Source: Chiloscyllium plagiosum
Taxonomy: Eukaryota
DNA: 64,000 bases
Reading direction: 5' to 3'
NCBI RefSeq assembly: GCF_004010195.1
Contig: NC_057719.1
Span: forward strand, 48,405,896-48,469,895
Numbering within the stretch: the first letter of the stretch is position 1; the number at the start of each line of letters is the position of its first letter. Below, in pieces: positions 53,418-64,000 of this stretch. Below the pieces are notes generated by a model that saw only the letters and a list, made by a program, of their open reading frames with translations, was not told the DNA's origin and searched no databases. Both the position numbers and the translations under genes were made by a program.

Positions 53418-54039
53418 ACTGGTCAGAGAAACACTACTATACCACAGTAGATGTTTATAGCGTTTTTGCACAGTTGATTCTTAAGTGTGAGTTGGACATT
53501 TTAACTCTCAACAGACTATTTTGTTGTTTCAGTATAAAATTGATCCTGAGGTAAAATAGGTATTTCCAAAGGTTGAAGTATGTTGTGTGAATTCCTACCT
53601 CAAAATAACCATGTTGATGTTGCTGATTTAGCAAAATTGTTTACTATTTTATTATACATGCAGCTATTGTAACTTCTGAACTGGGAAAACATTGTAACAA
53701 ATGCCTATTTTTCTTATGCCGTAACTCCCAAGATGCAGAATGTTTTTCGTTACTCTGCTTCTGAAACAAAATCAAATTAACGTACAGCAATTCATTATAA
53801 ACTATACAGCATCGTGTGATAGACGCTTGGGTTGCAATGGAAATTTATAGCTTATATCAACAATAACAGTGTATGTCCTCGTATTACGCAAAAGAAGAAA
53901 AGCTACAAAATCGTTTATTTAGAGCATTTTCAGAGTATATTTATGGAATAACATGCCTATCTTCAAACCTATGATCGATACTGATAGATGTGTCACTTAT
54001 AAAATAATATCTCAAAAAATTTTGGAGTAATGGAAATCA

Positions 54040-54395
54040 TATAGAATCATAGAATCCTTACAGTATGGAAACAGGGCTTTAGGCCCAATCAGTCCGTACC
54101 GACCCTTTGAAAAGTATCCCACCCAAACTCATTCTCCATTACTCTATACTTGGCCCTGACTAATGTACCTAACCTACACATCCCTGAACACTATGGGCAA
54201 TTTAACATGGCCAATTCACCTAACCGGCACATCTTTGGATTGTGAGAGGAAACTGGAGCACCTGGAGGAAACCCACGCAGACACTGGGAGAATGTGCAAA
54301 CTCCACATTGATAGTCGCCCAAGACTGGAATCTAACCCGGGTCCCTGGTGCTTTGAGACAGCAGGGCTAACCACTGAGCCCCTGTGCTACCCCAC
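54040..54395 (-). mobile_element. HE1/V-SINE-like SINE
   Basis: Collinear with 2258-2570; atagaatcatagaatc tail. Confidence 0.88.
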
Positions 54396-54504
54396 ATGAT
54401 TGCATTTAAAGTTCACGAAACCTTTTTCACGAAAACTTGGACAGAGGCATACAGGCTACGTCGCACAAGGGCATGTGCTTGGCAAGATCAACATTAGCAA
54501 GATC

Positions 54505-57258
54505 AGCATTATTTGAAGTTAGAGAGTATAGTCATCAGTCTAATAATGGCAGGGAAAAAGCTGTTTTTCAACCTGTGAGTGCATGTGTTCAAGCTTTTGT
54601 ATCTTCTGCCTGATGGAAGAGGTTGTAGGAGCGTATTATCAGGGTGCAATGGGTCATTGATAATGTTGGCAGACTTTCTGCGGAAACAGGCCATATAAAT
54701 GGAGTCTGTGGATGGAATGTTGGCTGTGGTAATGATCTGGGCTGTGCACACCACCTTCTGTAGTTTCTTACAGTCCTGGGAAAAGCAGTTGCCATATCAG
54801 GCCGTTCTGCAGCGGGACGGTATGCTTTCCTTGGTGCATCTGCAAAGGTTAGTGAGTGACCTTATGGCAGAAAATGGGGGAGATACTGAACGAGTATTTT
54901 GCATCAGTATTTACTGTGGAAAAGAATATGGAAAATATAGAATGTAGGGAAATAGATGGTGACATCTTGCAAAATGTCCAAATTACAGAGGAGGAAGTGC
55001 TGGATGTCTTGAAATGGTTAAGGGTGGGTAAATCCCCAGGACCTGATCAGATGTACACTAGAACTCTGTGAGAAGCTAGAGAAGTGATTGCTGGGCCTCT
55101 TGCTGAGATATTTGTATCATCGATAGTCACAGGTGAGGTGCCGGAAGACTGGAGGTTGGCAAACGTGGTGCCACTGTTTGTTTAAGAAGGGCGGTAAAGA
55201 CAAGGCAGGGAACTATAGACCGGTGAGCCTGAGCTCAGTGGTGGGCAAGTTGTTGGAGGGAATCCTGAGGGACAGGATGTACCATGGGAGACTGATTAGC
55301 AAGGTTAGATCTCATGGAATACAGGGAGAACTAGCCATTTGGATACAGAACTGGCTCAAAGGAAGAAGACAGAGGGTGGTGGTGGAGGGTTGTTTTTCAG
55401 ACTGGAGGCCTGTGACCAGTGGAGTGCCACAAGGATCGGTGCTGGATCCACTACTTTTTTGTCATTTACATAAATGATTTGGATGCGAGCAATAGAGGTA
55501 CAGTTAGTAAGTTTGCAGATGACACCAAAATTGGAGGTGTAGTGGACAGAGAAGACGATTACCTCAGATTACAACGGGATCTTGATCAGATGGGCCAATG
55601 GGCTGAAGAGTGACAGATGGAGTTTAATTCAGATAAATGCAAGGTGCTGCATTTTGGGAAAGCCAATCTTAGCAGGGCTTATCCACTTAATGGTAGGGTC
55701 CTAGGGACTGTTGCTGAATAAAGAGACCTAGGAGTGCAGGTTCATAGCTCCTTGAAAGTGGAGTCGTAGGTAGATAGGATTGTGAAGAATGCGTTTGGTA
55801 TGATTTCTTTTATGGTCAGAGTATTGAGTACAGGAGTTGGGAGGTCATGTTGCGGCTGTACAGGACATTGGTTAGGCCACTGTTGGAATATTGTGTGCAA
55901 TTTTGGCCTCCTTCCTATCGGCAGGATGTTGTGAAACTTGAAAGGATTTAGAAAAGATTTACAAGGATGCCGGGGTTGGAGGATTTGAGCTATAGGGAGA
56001 GGATGAACAGGCTGAGGCTGTATTCCCTGGAGCGTTGGAGGCTGAGGGGTGACCTTGTAGAGGTTTACAAAATCATGAGGAGCATGTATAGGATAAGTAA
56101 AGAAAGTCTTTTCCCTGAGGTGGGGGAGTCCAGAACTAGAGAGCACAGGTTTAGGGTGAGAGGGGAAAGATATAAAAGAGACCTAAGGGGCAACACTTTC
56201 ACACAAAGGGTGGTACGTGTATGGAATGAGCTGCCAGAGGAAGTGGTGAGGCTGGTACAATTGCAACATTTAAAAGCATTTGGATGGGTATATGAATAGG
56301 AAGTGTTTGGAGGGATATGGATCGGGTGCTGGTGGTGGGAGTAGATTGGGTTAGGATATCTGGTCGGCATGGACGGGTTGGACCGAAGGGTCTGTTTCCA
56401 TGCTGTACATCTCTATGACTCTATGACTTGGCAAATTTCCTGAGCTGCCTGAGGAAGAAGAGGCATTGTTGTACCTTCTTGACCGTTGCGTTTATGTAGG
56501 AAGTTGAGGACAGGTTGTCTGTTATCATCACTCCTTATCGTTCACCCTCTTAAACTGATGTAGGTGAGCATGTGTTCTTGTCCCTTCATCCTGAAGTTAA
56601 TGATTAGTTCTCTAGTTTTGCCGATGTTGAGAGACAGGTTGCTCTCATTGCACCATGTCACCAAGCCTTCTACCTCCTTGCGGTATTCTGACTCCTTGTT
56701 GTAGGATACATATAGTTCTTCTATGACACAATGGTTGTGTTCTTGTGCAACCCCTTGTTAGAGAAAAATTGCGCTTTAGAAACAGCACTTAAAGATTTGG
56801 TGATGTAATTGCATTACAGCAAACACACGTTTTAAAAGTTCACACTTTAGGCAGTGTCCCCAATTCGTCAATCACATTGCAGCAAATTTGCATTAACAAA
56901 ATGTGTGTTATAGCAGAACAACCTCTATCCTTCCTCCCATGGTGGTGTCACCAGCAAACTTGTAGATGGTGCTCATTCATAATTTGGCAACACAGTTGTG
57001 GGTGTATGGGGAGTGCAGTTGGAGGCTGAGAACACATCCTTGGGAGGGCTCCAATGTTGAGTGTTAGCATGGAGGAGGTGCAGTTGGCTGTCTTCACTGA
57101 TTGTGGTCTGTAGGTCAAGGAAGCTGAGGATCCAGTTTCAGAGGGCAGAGCCAAGACCTATGTATTGGAGTTTTGAGATCAGTTTGGAGGGTGGAGCAGT
57201 AGTCGATGAGCAGGAATCTGACGTATGTGTCCTTGTTGTTGAGATGTTCCAGCAAAGA
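54505..57258 (-). mobile_element. Rex1/Babar-like LINE split by a CR1 (54870-56427) and a MITE-like insert (~56710-56930)
   Basis: C-terminus IINDPLHPDNTLLQPLPSGRRYKSLNTCTHRLKNSFFPAIIRLM; upstream part at 56428-57258 includes LTLNIGALPRMC (degenerate TGxPQGC). Confidence 0.75.
54870..56427 (+). mobile_element. 5'-truncated CR1 LINE
   Basis: [40 protein letters not shown] and RLRGDLVEVYKIM; tail ctctatgactctatgac; internal deletion near 55281. Confidence 0.93.
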
Positions 57259-60200
57259 GTGAATGGGAAGATAAGTAGCAGATGGAATTTAACTCTGAAA
57301 AGTGTGAGGTGAAATACTGTGGAAGGAATAATTTGACAAGCAAGTATTCAATGTATGACACTAGGCAGCTCTGTGGAACAAAGGGACCTTGGCACGTGGC
57401 ATGCTTGTCCATAGGTCTCTAGAAGGGCTTGTATAAGTTGGTGAAAAAGGCATTCATTGTGACTTCTGTGAAACTTATTGTACTCCTCTTTGAATTCCAC
57501 AGTAAAGATGACTGATGAATTGCATGCTTTTTTTAAAAGATCTGGATTCTGATGGTAGCTGGAGGGCCACTCAAGGATCCTATGTAAAACAGGCTCGAGA
57601 CCATCTCTGTTGGTTACCAATGAGTTGTGGGAGTGATGGTGACAGGAAACTGAAAACATTTATATCTCATTTATCTAATGCTGCTGAAGTTCTAACTGGA
57701 AACATTAACTCTACTTTCTCTCCTCAGGTACTTGCCAGATCCACAGATAAAGCAATTTATGTTTTGTTATATTCAAATATGTCTCATTTGAAGTATTTTT
57801 GTTTTCTAAATTACAAATGATCTATTTTCTAAATTGTTTTGACAATGTAACTAATTAATGTTTGTTTTAAATTTACTTGTGGTACATGGCCATTGCTGAC
57901 TGCGCCAGCATTTATTGCCTATGCCTAGATGCCCTTGAGAAGGTATAGTGAACTGCCTTGTTGAACCAGTGCAGTCCATATGTTAATAAATAGCAATTTA
58001 GAGTATTTTGGTTAACACTCAACAATTGAATCTAATAATTCCCAAACTGACATTCAATGCAGTGCTCATGCCAGAAGTGAGGTATACAACAACCCAAATC
58101 ATACAGCCAGTATCTGGATAGTCGTATATATGATCAGAGATGAACTTCAGAAATCAGGAGAAGGCCTATTGTGTTGACCTAAGAGGAAATTAGCTGACAA
58201 ATTTCAAATGGCAGATGATTACCCTGCTTCTTGGGATCCCCCATGAAAGTCTCTGACTCTGAGCTAGATTTAGAGATTTTTAGACAGATCCATGGGACTC
58301 TCAGCGCAGAACATTAGACAGAAAGGCCTAGTCTAATTCCTGAGCAATTCCAGAATTGGTACTCCAATCACTTACACTAATCAGCAAATTAAATCCTCCC
58401 ACGACACCCAGCTACTACCCCATTACACACTGTCTGTCACCTTACCTATTGACCATCTTACTCATTCTATCCATGTTACCACTCTGCCTATTCACAAGCA
58501 TGCATCCACTCACCCATTCACTAACGTTCACAGTGGACCTTTGAATGTATTATATACCATAAAAAGACTGTGTGTCATGCCTTCTCTCTGATGTTGTGAA
58601 AGAGCTGTCTTGAGGGACACTGCTCTCTGTATTTCTGGGAAAGCTGCACATGGAAGACCCGCCAAGAAATTTGGAGCACTGGCCAACTTAGGGGAACACT
58701 CAAATCGAGAAGAAGATTAGGGCCAATATTTGTAAATGACTCAGTTGTGGGTTTCATTAATGGACTAATTTATGTAGTTTTGGAATTTGCGTTACAGAGT
58801 CATTTTTGCACCGTCAATAGAAATACTTTTCTTTAATGTTTTTGCAATATTTCACAAATTTTGAAGCTAAGAAATTGTTTTTAAAAAAATTTCCAAAACA
58901 ATTTGTTGGAGGTACACCTCTTTAGTCCTCATAGTGCAATAGTGATACAGTAAGCTACCTGTTAATTTGCATACCACGATCACATGTCACTTGGGCTCGA
59001 TGGAAAATTGCTGAGTGAAGATAAGAGTATTTCTCAAAAGAAGATGATAGTGAACATGGGAAGTGATTTTCTAACTCCCCCATAATTTTCTTCAAGCAGC
59101 ACTGGTGCGACTTGATAATGAATTATTTGCATATGATTAGAGTTTACACAGTTCCTTTGATTAAAGATGTGGAAACAGGTTTTATTGCATCTGGTAAAGA
59201 ATAAAGCAATAAAACAAAACTTACCTCCGGTCAATAAGCGATTTGGAACACAAATCCTGCTGTGAGTTTTGACCAGTAAAACTAGTCACTGTTTATCATT
59301 GATGCCAAATAGATCTCTTAGATGGTAATCATATGGCCCTGGTGGATGCATGGCTAGCAGTACGGTGCTTTTTGGCTTCAGTCTGAAGATTGTTAGCCAT
59401 GTTTTCTTTTGTTAGTCCTCAAGGCAGCTCTGGAGATGATGTGGGAGAATGAACATTTGAGAAACCTGGTATTTGTGCAGAATGTGAGCGTGTGATAGCA
59501 CCTGGTTAGCAGGTGCCCACTTACTGAAACTGTTGCTGTGGTCACAAATAAGCTGGATAAGCAGGGACTGAAATCCATTCCTGTTAGGAATTTGGCTGGA
59601 TGATACTATGACGCTCTGTGTGCCACATGTCGATGACCTCTTTTATCTGAGGAAACACAATAAGGGCTGCAAGGCCACAGCTTGGAAAGCTTAGCTAACC
59701 ATAGGTCTATGGTGAACTGGGCCGACTGTATTGCTCTTTTGTGAAGGCCGTTTGTGAGCTCATGAATGCACTTGTGGATTTACGATTGGTAGATGCCACA
59801 TGTATTCTCAGTTGAGGTTTAAATGGACTATAAGTAACTTCAGTGATCTTGGGCTTCACAGGCATAATGCTGCTTCCCAAGGCATATACTGAAGGTTTCA
59901 ACTATCAAAAGTTTAGTTTAATGCCAGAGCACTCCTGATGGAATTGAAATTTGCTTAAATAAATTTTTATAATACAGCACTGAAGCATTAGAAAACTAGT
60001 GACCTGAGAATTTCAAAAGTGCTGGATAGTCACTCTTATTGCACACTGAAAATCTCCTTAATCCTATAAGCTAATGTACTCTAAAGCTTGAAAGCTGAAT
60101 TTTAATAATTTCGTTATAGTATTTTGATCTTAAATTTATTTCAATAAAGGTGAAAAATAACTGGGGTGAAATTCTTATTTGCTGATTTAATTTTAAAAAT

Positions 60201-61021
60201 TCATGCCAGCCTTTTTAAAAAAAAATAGGAATTTTGGCGATTTTGATCTTCATAATTAAAAAGTTAAGATATCTAGATCATTGAAATCCCCATATTTTGT
60301 AACTTTTTTTCAAAAAGGATGTCAAGACGAGCTTCTTGCGAGTGAGCAGTAAGAGGCCTATTAACATGGATTGTTGTTCATCACTATCCTCCTTAATGCC
60401 TAATCTCACCCCATTAACATGCAGGCTGTCATTCTCCACTTGCTGATGGAGAAACTAAATGCTGACAATTATTGACATGGAAATTTGGCGAAGTGCTTGG
60501 TTACTTTAGGTCACCGTTTGTTCCTCCAGACCATGACCTTGGACATTTGGTACCAACATCACAGGGCACACTCCATGAGCAGTACCCAAATATAGGCTAT
60601 GTTCAAGGATCTTGGAATCCGACATGAGCCAGCCTTTCTGCATCATTTTGGCATATCTCTTTCACTTACAGTATGCTTCAGTACTTTAATGCTGTACTTT
60701 GGAGCACAGTGGCACCTCTCATTGGAATGCTGCTACAAGGAAACTGTGCGCACTTGGACAGGCAGCCAGCTCATGGACTGGATCAGGTTTCATCAAAGGA
60801 CACCTGGCTTGCTGTCACACTGCTAATGCATTTTGTTTCTACCTGAATGCTTACAACGTTCCTGCTTTGCTTTGCCTTGCCATCCTGTGCTTTGGCCCAT
60901 TGACCTGAATTTAAAGACTCGCTACTATCTTTCCTTACTGTCTAGCTTTCTGTGAGGGAGGGGGCTTCAGTTTCAAGCAATGTGAGGACCTTCAAGGGGT
61001 ACAGCATTAGACAGATACATT

Positions 61022-61330
61022 TGGGGTGGCATGGTGGCTCAGTGGTTAGCACTGCTGCCTCATAGTGCAAGGGACCGGGGTTTGATTCTGGCCTCTGGCA
61101 ATTGTCTGTGAGGAGTTTGCACATTCTCCCTGTGTCTGTGTGGGTTTCCTCCCACATTCCAAATGATGCGCAGGCCAGGTGAATTGGCCATGCTAAATTG
61201 CCCATAATGTTAGGTGCATTAGTCGGGGTAAATGCCAGGAAATGAGTCCGGGTGGGTTACCCTTCGGAGGGTCAGTGTGGGCTTGTTGGGCCAAAGGGCC
61301 TGTTTCCACACTGTAGGGAATCTAATCTAA
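61022..61330 (+). mobile_element. HE1/V-SINE-like SINE
   Basis: ggtggctcagtggttagcactgctgcctca head and aatctaatctaa tail. Confidence 0.88.
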
Positions 61331-61903
61331 ATAATTTATTTTTTATTTTAACCTATTTTTCTAATCAGGTGTTTTTACACATCTCTGAATCAGGTGGGAC
61401 TTGAGCTGGGCCTCGAAGTCCAGGGGTTGGGACACTATCACTGTAGCACAAGAAGGCCCTAGCATTAAATAGACACCTGTATAGTATCAAATGAAAAGCA
61501 CCTGCAACTAGTACACACTGTGCAACCTTGCGGATTAACTTACTGTCTGAAGGACAAAGTCTTGTTGCGAGTTCTCTTGACCATATTAATGCAACATTAT
61601 GTATTAATCACACTAATTGTTATGATATAATAGCAGTGTTTGGCTATCTGGAGGGATTGACCCAATTAGCCACTTAGGAAAGTAATGAGTACCTGCAATT
61701 TAGCCACAACCTGCACATAATGCAGGAGCTGCTGATTTCACACTCTGGGCCATCAAACATCATGGAGCCCTGAGAATAACTTAGCTGTGTTCCTTCAATG
61801 TTGTAATTTCATTGAGAGACACACTTGCATACGTAGCTGATGAAGAAAAGTGAACATACTAAAAGACAAGGTCTTCTCTGTGAGTCTGAAACTGGAGAGC
61901 ACA

Positions 61904-62210
61904 GATTAGATTAGATTCCCTACAGTGTGGAAATAGCCCCTTTGGCCCAACAAGTCCACACCGACCCTCCGCAGAGTAACCCACCCAGTCCCATTTCCCT
62001 CTGGCTAATGCACCTAACACTATGGGCAATTTAGCATGGCCAATTCACCTGACCTGCACATCTTTGGACCTGTGGGAGGAAACCGGAGCAAACCCACGCA
62101 GACACAGGGAGAATGTGCAAACTCCACACAGACAGTCGCCCAAGGCTGGAATCAAACCTGAGACCCTGGTGCTGTGAGGTAGCAGTGCTAACCATTGAGC
62201 CACTGTGCCG
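61904..62210 (-). mobile_element. HE1/V-SINE-like SINE
   Basis: gattagattagatt tail; collinear with 2258-2570. Confidence 0.88.
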
Positions 62211-62670
62211 CTTAAGGTTTAAGGTGAGAGGGGAAAGATTTAAAAGGCACCTAAGGGGCAGTGTTTTCATGCAGAGGATGGTGCGAGTATGGAATAAGCT
62301 GCCAGAGAAGTGGTGGAGGCTGATACAGTTACAGCGTTGAAAAGACATTTGAATGGATATATGAATAGGAAGGGTTTAGTGCGATAAGGGCCAAATGATG
62401 ATGCGGGGGGGGGGAAAGGAGGGGTGGGAGGAGAGATGGGAGAGCAGGTGGGGTGGTGGGAGGTTGTTGAAATTGCTCAGTGGGAAGGTTGGAGCAGATA
62501 GCCTGGACATGAGGTAAGACTTCGGGGGGGGGGTCAGTATTTTGAAGCTGGTGAAGTCAATATTGAAACCATTGGACTGTAAACTCCCCAGTTTGGCCTG
62601 AAACATTGACATTCCTGCTTCTCACATGCTATCTGACTTGCTGTGCTTTTCCAGCTTCACCGCTATTGAC
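62211..62670. mobile_element. CR1 3' fragment (+, 62211-62397) followed by inverted PLE fragments
   Basis: RFKVRGERFKRHLRG; minus strand LGSLQSNGFNIDFTSF (PLE), then plus-strand gcctgaaacattgac...gctgtgcttttccagc. Confidence 0.7.
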
Positions 62671-62692
62671 CTGTGCCAATTATGTGCCTTAG

Positions 62693-63310
62693 GAACATAA
62701 GAATAGGAGTCGGTCATTCAGCCCCTCAAGGCTGTACCATCATTCACTGAGATCATGGCTAGTCTGTGGCTTAACTCCATATACCTGTCTTTGGCCCATA
62801 TCCCTTAATAGCTTTCCTTAACAAAATGTATCTGTCTCACATATGAAATTAACATCTGATCCAGCATCCACTGCCATTTGTGGAAGAGTGGTCCAAATAT
62901 CTGCACCTTTTATGTATAGAAGTGTTTTCTAACATTTCTCCTGAACAATCTGTTGTTAATTCTTAGACTGTGCCCGCAAGTTCTAGAATCCCCAACCAGT
63001 GGTAATAGTGTATCTTTATCTACCCTATCATTTCCGTTGATATCTTGAAGACTTTGATCAGATTACCCCTTAACCTTCTAAATTCTAGAGAAAACAGATC
63101 TGATTTGTATAATTCTCCTCATAACTTAACCCTTGAATTCTAGGTATCATTTTTGCAAACTTACATTGTATTCCCTCCAAGGCCAATATATTCTTCCTAA
63201 AGTGTGCTGCCCAGATCTGCTCATAGTACTCCAAGTGGGCTCTAACCAGGGCTTTGTATAACAGCAGCATAAGTCCTACACTCTTGAACTGCAGTCCTCT
63301 AGGTATAAAA
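62693..63310 (-). mobile_element. CR1 LINE 3' fragment
   Basis: LLLYKALVRAHLEYYEQIWAAHFRKNILALEGIQ; aacataagaatagg tail. Confidence 0.85.
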
Positions 63311-64000
63311 GTAATGTGCCATTTTCTACACCTCCCAACCCCAACGATGTGTCTGTGCTGTCCTGAGATCTGTAGCTGGCTTAGAGGGTGTCTATCCTAT
63401 AGTTGAACCTATTGACCTTGGAGGTTTGGTTAGGCAATGCCAAGAGTATTTGTCTCTAGAGGGCCCAGACATATTGAATGCGTCCCTGTCCACCAAGAAC
63501 TCCAGGTTCCTCATCAAATGGCAGGGTGCCAATATCCCGTTGTCTGCCATGTCCAGGACAAATTTCAGTAAATGTATAGGGCAACTCTGGATTGCCAGTG
63601 CTTCACCAAGCCACAACAATCTTGTAGAGTTGGCACTGGTACCAGGGATCCTATGATATCCTGGCAATGGTGCATATCTCCACTAATGCGAGTAGGAGAA
63701 TCCAACTAGCATTGGACATGAACTTGCCATAGAGGCATAGTAATAAAGTTTGGGTTGATCAAGAGAAAAATCTCACTTGGCCTTGTGGAGAAAAATCTCT
63801 CATGAAACTCAACAAAACTGATATTTTGCCAGTTTATGGTAAAAGGTAGTCCCATCTGGCGCTTTGAGTTTTATTAGTGTGTAGTGGGGAGTACACAACA
63901 GGAAATGCCGAAATTTCATTTTGATTTCATGTTAACTTAATTAACATTGGCTATTGTACTAAGGGCGCTTTCCATTCCTCCTCAATTTTCCAACAACTTG

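Overview
Eukaryotic, repeat-dense vertebrate DNA, most likely a cartilaginous fish. This is inferred from the HE1/V-SINE-like SINEs and the abundant CR1 LINEs and Penelope-like elements. The only host-gene sequence I can support is one 130-bp coding exon (16727-16856, +) matching exon 2 of the E3 ubiquitin ligase Pellino-2 (PELI2), so the rest of the window is probably introns 1 and 2 of that gene. The introns hold decayed and often nested retroelements: two kinds of CR1-group LINE, a Rex1/Babar-like LINE, tRNA-derived SINEs, Tc1/pogo-like MITEs, a Gmr1-type Gypsy element with integrase upstream of RT, and many Penelope-like element (PLE) insertions. The most notable signal is a set of minimal hammerhead-ribozyme motifs in the PLE termini, with compensatory stem changes across at least four sequence families. 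Several PLE insertions are inverted or palindromic and are bounded by 11-15 bp target-site duplications (TSDs). PLE hammerheads are a known class, so I do not claim a new system. Two assembly gaps (18560-18954, 51839-52613) limit interpretation. Repeat boundaries are read by eye and are approximate unless a TSD or terminus is quoted.
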